DNA from: Mobula hypostoma
Taxonomy: Eukaryota
Length of the DNA stretch: 64,000 nucleotides
Direction: 5' to 3'
Assembly: GCF_963921235.1 (NCBI RefSeq)
Contig: NC_086107.1
Location: 106,642,001 to 106,706,000, forward strand
Both the position numbers and the translations under genes were made by a program. Positions 49,673 to 61,703 of the stretch are shown piece by piece (within the stretch, counting starts at the first letter, position 1; each line of letters begins with the position of its first letter). The notes beneath the pieces were generated by a model. The model saw only the letters and a program-made list of their open reading frames with translations, did no database searches and was not told where the DNA came from.

Positions 49673-52270
49673 TTTGTCACAATACATGTGAAAAAGCACC
49701 TTATTTAAAAGCAGGGCATCGTTAGTTAGTTAGGCCATCACCTCTGCTGGGGCATCGGCGGCCGATTGAAGCTCACTGGCGGCCTCTCTCCTGGGCCAGT
49801 CTCTCAAATTATCCCCAGTTGTGGCCCACCGTACACCTTCTACGCCAGGGGTTCCCAACCTGGGGTTTACAGACCCCTCAGTCAATGATATGGCTCCAAG
49901 GCACGAAGCAGGTTGTGAACCCTTGTTCGGGGTGAAGATCTCTCCTCCCCTGGGGTCCGAGGAGCCTCTGTTGGTGTTTCTGTAGCTCTGTGTTTTTACA
50001 GGACAGGGTTGCCAACCCTGTTCCTTTCACAGCTGGGCTTAGCACCGTCCACGAGAATCATTACAGCCTGGGTGAAGGGCAGTCAGGCCAACAAAGGCCT
50101 GGTGGTTCGTTGCCAGGACTGAAGAGAGAAGCTGGTTTTGCAGAGAGATATCCGTATTGGATGAATGCCAGCCTTACCCAGGCAAGAAAACTGGATCGGT
50201 TCCGCACCTCCCCGTTTTGTGTGTGAGGGTTAGTGACGTCAGGCAGAGGTGTTCCCAATGACTCCTTGAAAACCAAACTGCAACCTCCTCATGGACTCCC
50301 GGGAATCCCTGGCGCACGATCGCTCGGAGTGCAGGAGGAGCGTTGGCAGTGTTGCTGCGGACATCGGCAGCATGCCAGAACAGTGGGGGCGGGGGTGGAC
50401 CACCCCTCAAACGGCCCACCCCTTTGCTCACCTCCTGCCCCACCTGTGGGGGGGTCTGTGGTCCTCACAGCACACCTTGCTCCCAGGAACTGGAATCAGG
50501 TTTAATTATCATCAGCATAGGTTGTGAAATCTGTGGTTTTGCGGCAGCTGTACATTGCAATACTGTGAGAGGTAGTGTACATGGGTTCATTGTCCTTTTC
50601 GAGATCTGATAGTGAAGGGGAAGAGATTGTTCTTGAAGTGTTGTGTGTCTTCCGGCTCCTCCCTGACGGTAGCAGTGAGAAGAGGGCATGGCGTGGGTGG
50701 TGGGGGTCCTTAATGATGGCCGCTGCCTTTTTGAGGCACCGCTCCTTGAAGATGTTCTGGATGCTGGGGAGGCTCGTGGCCATGATGGAGCTGACTGAGT
50801 TTGCAACTTGGCTTTTTCCCGATCCTCTGCAGTCGTCCCCCTCACCGTCCCAGATGGTGAGGCGACCAGTCAGAATGCTCACCGCAGTGGAAGCTAGTCA
50901 TCCTCCATAGCAAAACCATCTGTATGGTTTTTGTGTGGGCAGCTGTCTGCGTCAGCGTTTTCTCACTGCGTCTGTCTGTCCGAGTGTGTACATATTAGCA
51001 TTCTGTGAAACTGGCTGTGTGGACGTGTTATCTCAGAGGATGCTGAATCTCTGGCATTGTCTACTCCCATTGGATGGTGGCGGCTACAACATCAGTTACA
51101 CCTAGGACAAAGAAAAATAAGTATTTGAAAGACTGAGAGGTTCCACGAGCGGCTGTGAAGGCCAAGTCATTGGACGTATTTAAGGTAGAGATAGATAGGT
51201 TCTTGATTAACCAGGGCATCAAAGGGTATGGGGAGAAGGCAGGGGAGTGGGGATGAGGGGCAGAATTGGATCAGCCCATGATTGAATGCCAGAGCATATT
51301 CGATGGGCCAAATAGCCTACTTCTGCTCCTATATCTTATGTTCCTATGGTTGCCAGGGGGTGGGGGAGTGGCAGGGTGGTAGTGGGGATAAGCTCCCACT
51401 ACCTATTAGATGCTCTCAATGATATGCCTCTCAAGCAGCCTCTGACAACCAAGTCCAACTCCTGGCCTTCACGTGCGGCTTAGCTACCAAGCCCGGCAGA
51501 ACCGTTTCTGCTGACAGGAGAATGGGCAAAGGCAGGTTACTGGCACCTTAGAAACCAGTCGCTTCGGGCAGACGGGGCTCGTCAGCTGATCTAGGAGAAG
51601 AAAAACTCCGATCTCAAACCTCGGCTGCCTTGCGGCTACACTCAATCATGGGGAAGGCTTCGGGATTGAACCCCAAGGGAAATATATGGAGCTGGAGTCC
51701 CTAAGGCAGTCCTACGTTGAGTTCAACGCTAATTGGTAACTCCTTCAACGCCGCTGGTGCCAAACTGTATCGGTCTCCGCTGTTCCTTTGGGTTCATCAG
51801 ATACGGAGAGAGGGGGCAGTCTGCTTCATGGGCAGCAGCCTGCTCTCCATATCGTACTGCCCAGGCCTGCATATCTAGACAGCTAGGCTGCAAGATACAT
51901 GGTCAACCTTGACTGGTGGAGGGACTCACTCACTCATTCAGTAGATCCAAGAACCACAATAAAACCGATGTAAGACCACGCCCAACAAAACAGACAAGCG
52001 TCCGGTGTGCAAAAGGCAGCAGACTGTGCAAATACAAAAGAATAATAAATAAGCAATAAATGTAAGGAACATGAGATGAAGAGTCATTAAGAGGGAGTCC
52101 ACGTGTTTGTGGGATTAGTTCAGTGATGGAGTGAGTGAAGCTACCCCACTGGTTCAAGGATCTGATGGTTACGGGGTAACAACTGTTCCCGAACCTGGTG
52201 GTGTGTGTCCTGAGGCTCCTGTACCGTCTTCCTGATGGCAGCAGCGAGAAAAGAGCATGTCTTGGGTGGT

Positions 52271-52411
52271 CACAAACACGAGGAATTCTGCAGATGCTGG
52301 AAATTCAAGTAACACATCAAAGTCCTGACGAAGGGTCTCAGCCCGAAACGTCGACTGTACCTCTTCCTAGAGATGCTGCCTGGCCTGCTGCGTTCACCAG
52401 CAACTTTGATG
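52271..52411. mobile_element. Short inverted Penelope-derived insertion with hammerhead
   Basis: Minus-oriented terminus joined to a plus-oriented hammerhead segment. 14-bp duplication ATGTCTT(G/T)GGTGGT at 52257-52270 and 52412-52425. Confidence 0.82.
52321..52356 (+). ncRNA. Minimal type I hammerhead ribozyme motif (intact core)
   Basis: AGTC-CTGACGA-A-GGGT-CTCA-GCCC-GAAA-C-GTC-GACT. Confidence 0.78.
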
Positions 52412-53024
52412 ATGTCTTTGGTGGTTCTTGATCCTGGTTGCTGGTTTTCAATAACAAATCTCCGTGTAGACGTGCCAGTGATGGGGAGGGCTTTACCCTC
52501 GATAGATCCACTACTTTTTGTAGGATTTTCCATTCAAGGGCATTGGTGTTTCCATACCAGGCTGTGATGCAGCCAGTCAATATACTCTCGACCACACGTC
52601 TATAGAAGTTCATCAAAGTTTTGGATATCATGCCAAATCTTCGCAAACTTCTAAGGAAGTTTTGACACTACTGTGCTTTCTTCATAATTGCGCTGATGTG
52701 CTGGGCCCAGGAAAGATCCCCTGAAATCGTAACACTGAGGAATTTAAAGTTGTTGACTCTCTCCACCTCTGATCCCCCAAAGAGGACTGGGTCTTGGACC
52801 TCCGGTTTCCTCTTCCTGAATAATCAGCTCCTTGGTCTTGCTGACATTGAGTGAGAGTTTGTTGCTCGGGCACCATTCAGTGAGATTTTCAATCTCCCTT
52901 CAATATGCTGATTTGTCGCCAGCTTTGATTCGGCCAAGGACAGTGGTGTCGTCAGCAATATGGCGTTGGAGCTGTGCTTAGCCACACAGTCGTTAAGTGT
53001 AAAGTGAGTAGAGCAGAGGGCTAA

Positions 53025-53542
53025 AGGCTGATTTATACTTGTGCGTTAAATGTATGCTGTAGGTACGGCGTAGCTGCGAACCTTACGCTGTACTCTACGC
53101 TGTACCCTACGCTGTAGCCTAACATGCATCTCTCCCAAAATGTAACTACGTGTCGCGACGTCACAGACCGCAACAGCTGTGATTGGTCCGCTTGGAGCAT
53201 CGCATTTCCTCCTGCGCTGCAATAGCTTCCTATTGGGCGACTGAAGGGCAGGGAAGGAATTCTGACTGCAATGCTTTCCATAAAGCTTTACAGACCTCCC
53301 AAATTATGGAGGACCCTGTGCTTGACGCCAGTTTGTAGCCAGTTGCTACAGCCTGTTGACTTCCACCTGAAGCTAAAACTCAACACGAAGAAACTCAACG
53401 CAGTGGCATGGAAACCCCACCGCCAACTAGCGTTTTGGCGGTGAATTGCAGAGCGACGCAGACACACCAACGCACAAGTATAAATGCTCACAACGGCGTA
53501 ACCCACTTGCATAAGCTAGTACGCACAAGTATAAATCAGCCT
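53025..53542. mobile_element. PIF/Harbinger-type MITE (518 bp)
   Basis: Perfect 22-bp TIR AGGCTGATTTATACTTGTGCGT. TAA TSD at 53022-53024 and 53543-53545. Removing it restores the host motif GGGCTAAGCACAC seen intact near 18322. Confidence 0.9.
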
Positions 53543-54973
53543 TAAGCACACACTTTATTGAGCACCTGTGCTGATGGAAGATGTGTACAAATGCAAATTT
53601 TTGTACACATCATGCTGTACACCTGTATTTGCTTTGAGTATGAATTGTGCATATTTACAAGTTTATTGTCATTCAACAATACACATATATACTGTACAGC
53701 TAAATGAAACATTGTTCCTCTGGGGTCAAAGTGCAAAACACTGCATGTATAGTCACACACAGTATATATAGTTACAATCCAGCACCTCCAAGAGGACCAC
53801 GACCTTGTCGTAGGGTTTGGAGGCCTGTGAGCCTCAATGACCCGGAGAGCGATGTTGGCTGGAGTCAGGGCTTTATGTTTTGGCTCTTGGTAGGGTCACC
53901 CATGCCAAACAGGTCAAAGGGTAGAGGCCAGACTAGGAGTGGTCCACCAGACCTCCAGGTTCTGGGCTTCAGCTCAGGGCTAACAACCCTGACTTGTCAA
54001 ACAAAACTGTTACGGAGACAGCAATGAAGAATCCTTCCACGGCGGTATAGTCAGACAGAGATGGAGGACCTTCATTGCTGCCCTGAACGCCAGCGGGAGA
54101 CGGTCAGAAAGTAATATCAGCACAAGCCCCTGAGCTGGCCTGAAGGTCGGCGGGTTCTCAGAAAGTGTGAAGCACCCGTTTCCGTAAGACGGTAAAATCG
54201 GTATAATGTTACTGGCACTATTCTAATAAAGAAAGCAGTTGTATAAATCTGTGAAACAGCAGCAGGAAAGGATGAGAAGCGACCAGTGCAGGACAAGAGT
54301 GTGCCCGCGAGTTGGAGAGTGTGGGTAGGGAGGGGTCGTGGCAGGCCGTTCAGACAGGGTGTACATGCGTGCTTTGTGTTCTCTGACCATAAGCAGAATT
54401 AGACCATACAGCCCATCGAGTCTGCTCTGCCGTTCCATGATGGCTGATTTTTAAAAAATTCCTCTCAAACCCATTCTCCTGCCTTCTCCCTGTACCTTTG
54501 ATGCCTTTACTAATCAAGAACCTATCAACCCAGTGATTTGGCCTCCTCAGCCGTCCGCAGCAATGAATTCCACAGATTAACACCCTCTGGCTAAAGAAAT
54601 TCCTCCTCATTTCTGTTACAAAGGGATGCCCTTCTATCCTGAGGATGTGCCCTGTGGTCCTAGACCCCCAGCCCCACTATAGGAAACATCCTCTCCAAGT
54701 CCACTCTGTCTAGGCCTTTCAATGTTTGATAGGTTTCAATGAGATACCTCCTCATTCTTCTGAACTCCAGCAAATACAGGCCCAGAGCGTGTGTTTTTAT
54801 ACATGTCATGTAAGTTATATCTGTGCTGAGATGTTTGTCAGTGTGTCTGTATCTGCCCAAGGTCAGGAGTTGGGAGAGATGCCTGCTCCCCAGTGCGGCC
54901 CAGGACCCCACTCCCTAACCCTCTTCCCTCTCTCTATACTCACTACCTCCTCCGTCTCTTTTCCCTCCGGCAG

Positions 54974-55677
54974 TTTCACCTGGAGCTGCGCCCGGCTGCA
55001 CCGCAGTATGACCACCCTCTTCACCGGGCAGATCCTGGAGGCGTTCGACAACGAGTTCCGAGAGCTGTACGCCAACTCGGACGCCGTGAACCTGCACGAA
55101 GAGCTCAAGATCAGTCCGGACTTCCAGCTGCGGGCCAAGGGCACCAAGGCCGACCTCATCCCTCCCCGCTCCACCGAACTCCAGCGCAAGTTCCAGAACC
55201 CCAAGTACTTGCTGGCGATGGAGGGGATGCGCCGGGCGGCCTCGGACAACAAGCTGTCGCCGCCAGTGGACGATAAGCTCCCGGAGCGGGACCGGACCTT
55301 GGCCCGCAGAGACCGCAGGGGGACCCTGGTCGAAAGCAAGAAGGAGGACGATGGCAAGAGCCACCAAGCTGTCCACGATTGGCTGCTCAAGAACGACGTC
55401 AGGGGCCTTGACCAACCGGAGCCTCTGGAGGACCTGGTCCCGCTTCACAAAATGCCCAATGGCGGCAAAGTGGGCGGGAGCAAGTTCAAGATCCCCGACT
55501 TTGGGAGGGCGATTTTCAAAAAGGACCGATCCAGCCATCTGGGCAGCAGGGACATCTTAGAGTTGGCCCCCAGCAGCTCTGCCGGGTCAGACAGGGCGGG
55601 CGACCTACCCCCCAGAAAGAGCGCCAAGGGCAAGAGGAAGAAAGACGAGCTTGAAGTCCAGGACAAAGTCAATGCAG
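54974..55677 (+). CDS. FAM83F: FAM83F exon 4 (704 bp, phase 2/1)
   Basis: Long pyrimidine tract then cAG; (S)FTWSCARLHRSMTTLFTGQILEAFDNEFRELYANS...NPKY...VQDKVNA; donor GTAAAT at 55678. Confidence 0.92.
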
Positions 55678-58074
55678 GTAAATGCACTCTTGGAAATAAT
55701 ATTGCATTTGGAATTGGGTTATTATTGCCAGTTTTTATGAGAAAATTTGTCGTTTTGTGGCAGCAAACATAAGATACTATATTACGATAATAAATATGTG
55801 CCATGTCGTATTAGGTGGGCGATCATGGTCTCGTGACCATGATTGTTCTGGGTAAATTTTCTGCAGAAGTGGTTTGCCATTGTTGCCTTCTGGGCAGTGA
55901 CTTCACAAGACGGGCGACCCCAGCCATTATCAATACTCTTCAGAGATCGACTGCCTGGCGTCAGTGGTCACGTAACCAGGACTTGTGATATGCACCAGCT
56001 GCTCACACGACCATCCACCACCTGCTCCCCATGGCTTCACGTGACTGATCGGGGAGCTAAGCAGGTGCTACACCCTGCCCAACTGTGACCTGCAGGCTAG
56101 CGGAGGGAAGGAGGGATATCTTCACCACGCCACCCAAAATAGATAAATAGATGGAGCAAAGGAGGAACAAGCTCATGAGTTCATGGACCGTTAAGTAATC
56201 CATCAACTGAGGGAAGAAATAGTTTCTGAAACTTTGAGTGTGGGTTTTCAGGCTCCTGTATCTCCACCCTGATTGTGGTAATGGTAAGATGTCCCAGATG
56301 GTGATGGCCCTTAATGATGGATGCTGCCTTCTTGAGGCACTGCTCTTTGAAGCTGTCCTCCATGTGCCGGTGATGGAGCCGGCTGAGGCCACAACCATCT
56401 GCATCCCCTTTCGGTCCTGCACACTGGAGCCCCCATACCCGGTGGTGACGCAGCAGGGGTCAGAATACCTTACACCGCAGATCTGCGATCAGAAATTTGC
56501 GAGAGTTATTGGTGACACAGCAAACCTCATCACACCAGCACGCCTTCTTCAGGACAGATCCTCGGAGACGTTGACACCCAGGAACTTGAGACTGCTCATC
56601 CTTTCCGCTGCTGACCGCTTGATGAGAACTGGCGTGCGTTCTCCCAACTTCCCCTTCCTGAAGTCCACGATAAGTTCCTTGGTCTCACTGGCATTGAGGG
56701 CACAGTTGGTTTTTGTGACGCCACGGATCCAGCAGATCTATCCCTCTCCTGCATATCTCCTTGGCACCATCTGAGATCCTGCCAACGACAGAGGTGTCAT
56801 TGGCGAATTTATAGATGGCATTTGAGCTGTGCTTAGCCACACAGTCACGGGTGTAGAGAGAGTAGAGTAGCTGCCAAATACTCTCATTCAGAACTACTAT
56901 CAATAGTCTTGTTATTGTAAACAAGTATTGGGATGCAGTGAAAAGTTTGTCTTGCATGCTATTCAGCTCAAATCGTTACGCGGTGCACTGGGGTAGGAAA
57001 GTTCAAGGTAAATTTATTATCAAGTACTTTTACAATACCATATTCATTTTCTCGTGGGCATGCTCAATAAATCTATAGAATAGTAACCATAATGGAATCA
57101 ATGAAAGGGCGTTCAATCAGAGTGCAGAAGACAACTAATTGTGCAAATCCAAGAAGAAGAAATAATAATAATAAGCAATAAATATAGAGAACATGAGATG
57201 GAGTCCTTGAAAATGAGACAAACTTTTCACTGCGTTCAAAGTAAATTTATTATCAAAGCATATATATGTCACCATATACAACCCCGAGATTCTTTTTCTT
57301 GTGGGCATTCACAATAAAACCATAATTGAATAATAACCACAATAGAATCAACGGAAGACTGCTCCGACTTGGGCAAAAGACAACACACTGTGCAAATACA
57401 AAATGAAAGAAATAATAATAAATAAATAAGCAATAAATATCGAGAACATGAGATGAAGAGTCCTTGAAAATGAGTCAATGCGCTGTGGAAACATTTCAAT
57501 GATGGGACAAGTTAAGTTGAGTGAAGTTATCCCCTCTGGTTCAAGAACCTCTTGACCATGTCTGCCTGCTTTTACGCACTGAATTGCTGCCACCTGATTG
57601 GCTGATTAGATATTTGCATTAACAAGCAGGCATACAGGTGTACCCAATAAAGTGGCCACTGAGTGTATGTCAAATTTACTATCAAAGTATATATATGTTA
57701 CCATATACAACCCTGAGGTTCATTTTCTTGCAGGCATTCACAGGAAAAAAGAAATACAATATAATCTACGAAAAACTATGCATAAACAAAGACTAGCAAA
57801 CAACCAATAGCACAAGAAGGCAAACTGTGAAAAAAGTAGTATCAAGGTCATTAGTTCTGTGATCTAGGCTCTGCCTGTGTCTGAACCTCCAGCCCTGTAA
57901 CACACTAAGATCTTTGTGCTCCTAAAATTCTGACCTCCACAGTACCCTCCCTCATTGGCAGGTTTGCCTTCATCTAGTCGACTCTGAAATCCTCCTCTTC
58001 CCACCCCTCTGCCTCTCCCTCAATCTGCTCAAACCTTCCCCTCCAACTGGACCAGCTGCCCCAAAAGTCCCTTT

Positions 58075-58594
58075 ATGTCTATCCACGGCCTCCTCTATGG
58101 TAAAGATGAAGCCACACTCAGGTTGGAGGAACAACACCTTATATTCCGTCTGGGTAGCTTCCAACCTGATGGCATGAACATCGACTTCTCACACTTCTGC
58201 TAATGCCCCACCTTCCCCTCGTACCCCATCCGGTATTTATTTATTTATATACACACATTCTTTTTCTCTCTCTCTCCTTTTTCTCCCTCTGACTATACCC
58301 CTTGCCCATCCTCTGAGTTTTTCCCCCTCCCCCTTTTCCTTCTCCCTGGGCCTCCTGTCCCATGATCCTCTCATATCCCCTTTGCCAATCACCTGTCCAG
58401 CTCTTGGCTCCATCCTTCCCCCTCCTGTCTTCTCCTATCATTTTGGATCTACCCCTCCCCCTCCCACTTTCAAATCTCTTAATAGCTCTTCCTTCAGTTA
58501 GTCCTGACGAAGGGTCTCGGCCCGAAACATCGACTGTACCTCTTCCTAGAGATGCTGCCTGGCCTGCTGCGTTCACCAGCAACTTTGATGTGTA
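58075..58594 (+). mobile_element. Penelope-like element 3' end: GIY-YIG C-terminus, 3' UTR and hammerhead (58500-58535)
   Basis: 58075-58203 reads MSIHGLLYGKDEATLRLEEQHLIFRLGSFQPDGMNIDFSHFC*. Hammerhead reads AGTC-CTGACGA-AGGGTCTCGGCCC-GAAA-C-ATC-GACT. Confidence 0.85.
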
Positions 58595-58801
58595 TAACAA
58601 GACATGCAAGTTTTGGGAATTCTCGGCAGGTCAGGCAGGGAGAGAACCTGAGTTAACATCTATTTTCCAAGGGAAAGGAGTGGAAAAGCAGAGGGCATAG
58701 GTTTAGCACACAATGAATGCTGGAGGAGCTCATCAAGTCAGGTAGCATCCAAGACACGGCCTGAAACACGGACGCTGCCAGATTTGCTGAGTTCCTCAAG
58801 C

Positions 58802-58803
<2 letters not shown>

Positions 58804-58843
<40 letters not shown>

Positions 58844-59614
58844 TCTGTGTGTGTGAGTGTGTGTGTGTCTGTGTGTGTGTGAGTCTGTGTGTGTGTGTGT
58901 GTATGAGTGTGTGTGTCTGTGTGTGTGTGTATGTGAGTGTGTGTGTGTCTGTGTGTGTGTGTGAGTGTGTATGTGTGTGTATGTGTATATATGTGTGTGT
59001 GTGTGTGTGTGAGTGTGTATGTATGTGTATGTGTGTGTGTCTGTCTGTGTGTGTGTGAGTGTGTGTGTGTGTGTATGTGTGTCTGTGTGTGTGAGTGTGT
59101 GTGTGTCTGTGTGTGTGTGAGTCTGTGTGTGTGTGTGTCTGTGCGTGTGTGTGTGTATGTGTGTGTGTGTCTGTGTGAGTGTGTGTGTGTGTGTGTGTGT
59201 CTGTGTGTGTGTGTGTCCGTGTGTGTGTGTGTGTGTGTGTGTCTGTGTGTGTGTCTGTGTGTGTGTGTCTGTGTGTGTGTGTGTGTCTGTGTGTGTGTGT
59301 ATGTGTGTGTGTGAGTGTGTGTGTGTCTGTGTGTGTGTGTATGTGTGTGTGAGTGTGTGTGTCTGTGTGTGTATGTGTGTGTGTCTGTGTATGTGTGTCT
59401 GTGTGTGTGTATGTGTGTGTGTGTGTATGTGTGTGTGTCTGTGTATGTGTGTCTGTGTGTGTGTGTCTGTGTGTGTGTATGTGTGTGTGTGTGTGTGTGT
59501 CTGTGTGTGTATGTGTGTGTGTCTGTGTATGTGTGTCTGTGTGTGTGTGTGTCTGTGTGTATGTGTGTGTGTGTGTGTGTGTGTCTGTGTGTGTATGTGT
59601 GTGTGTCTGTGTGT

Positions 59615-59653
<39 letters not shown>
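58804..59653 (+). repeat. Compound (TG)n microsatellite of about 850 bp with TC/TA/AG interruptions
   Basis: Seen directly. Smaller simple repeats at 25078-25130 (GA), 27249-27275 (TA), 36791-36840 and 48878-48953 (TG). Confidence 0.97.
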
Positions 59654-59856
59654 GCTCAAGGTTTCCAGCACCTGCAGAATTTTGTGGTGCCGGTTTCAGT
59701 CGAGACGGGGAAAGATTTGAAAGCAACCCGAGGGGTGATTTCTTCATGCGTAGGGTGGTGTGTAGGTAAAATGAGCTGCCCGGGGAAGTGTTTGAAACTG
59801 CTACAATAACACTTAGAAGACACTGGGACAGATACATGGACAGGAAAGGTTTAGAG

Positions 59857-59933
59857 CAGTTTCCCAACCTGGGGTCCATGCACCCCTTGCTTAATAGTAG
59901 GGATCCATGGCATAAAAAAAGCTGGAACCCATG
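59857..59933. mobile_element. About 77-bp hAT-like MITE in a CR1 fragment
   Basis: 8-bp flanks GTTTAGAG (59849-59856) and GCTTAGAG (59934-59941); homologous to 15915-15995. Confidence 0.65.
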
Positions 59934-60127
59934 GCTTAGAGAGATTTGGGCCAAACACGGGCAAAAGGGGCGAGCTTAGTTGGGTACCCTGAACCTGACT
60001 GTTATTTTCAGACTGACTGGCTAGTTCCAGCGTTCTCTGTTTTTAATTCAGAAACAGTCTTTTACTGACACAGGGATCATAAAACAAAGGAGCAGAATTA
60101 GGCCATTCAGCCCATCGACTCTGCCTT

Positions 60128-60327
60128 CAACGTTCCCTCTGATTTTTTTGTTAACAGCTGCGCAGACCAACCATTACGCTGAGCAGGGAGTTTTTACAGG
60201 GCCCGAAAGCTGCGTGGCACTTTAATTGAACATTGTATAATAGATAATTCCAGCTCCGCGGCAACGAGGCTATGTGCGCGGGGGCATTTCAGCTACTGCG
60301 TGGCCGCGCAGCTTAGAGGGAACAGTG
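60128..60327. mobile_element. Probable hAT-like MITE
   Basis: Inverted termini CAACGTTCCCTCT / AGAGGGAACAGTG; TSD not clear. Confidence 0.5.
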
Positions 60328-60673
60328 TGCTGCCATTCGATCGTGGCCGATACACCTACAAAGAACCCGCTGAAGGATCTCAGTGGGTCGAGCAGTGGGG
60401 GGAAAGGAACTACAGATGGTTTAAGTCCCGATGCAGGGTTTTGTGAAGAAACATTCACAAATCCTCAACACCGCCCCCCCACCCCAACTCCCCTGACACT
60501 GCTTGACCGGTGTGGCTGCATTGATTTTGTTTTGGGACAGTTTTGTTTTGATCATTGCTTCCAGGAAGAGCCGGGGCAGGGTGGGGAATTCCTTTTGAAT
60601 CGTAGAAGGCGCTATATAAATGCAAGTTCTAGTTGTTGCCGCAGCTCAAGCCTGTGTCTTTCGGATTTTACAG

Positions 60674-60756
60674 GAAAGTCGAGCTCTTCGATCCAGGAAC
60701 GCCAAGTCAGCACCATCACCACAAAGAGTAAAAAGGAGAAGTGCCTGGTTTCGTGA
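60674..60756 (+). CDS. FAM83F: FAM83F terminal exon 5 with CaaX box
   Basis: Acceptor ttttacAG; (G)KSSSSIQERQVSTITTKSKKEKCLVS*; phase matches exon 4. Total CDS is 450+168+122+704+83 = 1527 nt, 508 aa. Confidence 0.85.
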
Positions 60757-61266
60757 GGAGTCGACGGCAGAGTCGTGCTGCAGGGAAACAGGCTGTTCGG
60801 CCCTTCGAGTGTGTGCTGGACATCATCTTACACTGATCTCATTTTCTTTTTCCCACATTCCCACCAACTCTCCCCCAATTCTAATACTCACCTGCACATT
60901 CGGGGCAACTAATCTGCCAATCGGCCCGTCTTTGGGGTGTGGGAAGAAATCGGAGCACTCAGGATGATCACAGGGAGAATGTGGGAACTCCACACAGATG
61001 GAGTGCTGGAGTTTGGGAATGAATCTGGATCGCTTGGGCTCTGCAAGGTGTGGAAGAGAAAAAAATCAGGGAGGGTTCACCACAATAGATTTGATTTTAT
61101 AGCCTGGTGTACCTGTTTGATTTCTTTTTCTGGGCCTGCGTCCCGTCTCGATCACTTGGACCTGAACGTCCGACTGTCCTGGGTCGTACAGCCGGCAACT
61201 TGGTGGACAACAGCACCCCATTGTGGCCAAGTGAAGAACTGCATATTCATATTCCTTTGTATCACG

Positions 61267-61272
61267 AATAAA
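61267..61272 (+). terminator. Candidate FAM83F polyadenylation signal
   Basis: AATAAA about 510 nt after the stop codon, followed by T-rich sequence. Confidence 0.5.
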
Positions 61273-61703
61273 GTGTATTTTTTTAAATTTAAAAATCATA
61301 CTTTGAGGTGCAAAGGAGGGGTGGTGGTGTTGTGGTTAAACAAGCCAGAACACCACCTTCTGCTTCCTCTAAAAAAAGGCAATAAGTGTTTTGGATAAGT
61401 TCACGTCACAGAGTGAAAAAGGGAGACCACTGTCATCGAGGGGTCTGGTGTCAGCAGCACTGAGTCAACATGTTGACAAGATCACCAGTGCTTGACTCCT
61501 ATGTATTTTCAAAAGTTCAAAGGACTTTTTACTATCTAAGTATGTGTACTTTATGCAATCTTGAGGTTCGTCTCCTTATAGGCAGTCACAAAACATAGAA
61601 CCCCAACAGAAACCATTAGAAGCAAAAGAGCACCCAATGTGCTGAGAGAGAGAGGGAAAAAACCAAATCGTGCAACCAGTAAAACCAAGCAAACAGCGTT
61701 CAG

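Larger units (their letters stand above)
51930..53580 (-). mobile_element. Rex1/Babar-type LINE hosting a Penelope insert and a Harbinger MITE
   Basis: MRRFGMISKTLMNFYRRVVESILTGCITAWYGN; host sequence is continuous across both inserts. Confidence 0.75.

Noticed and set aside
53785..54100. HDV-like ribozyme in an RTE-like 5' region
   Set aside because: The sequence looks RTE-derived, but a nested double pseudoknot could not be assigned by eye; needs a covariance-model search.
54726..54973. N-terminal extension of the 348-aa ORF
   Set aside because: Intronic (CR1 remnant and polypyrimidine tract); FAM83 homology and phase begin at 54974.
58653..59954. His/Thr-rich 433-aa ORF and Cys/Val-rich ORFs
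   Set aside because: Translations of a (TG)n/(CA)n microsatellite.
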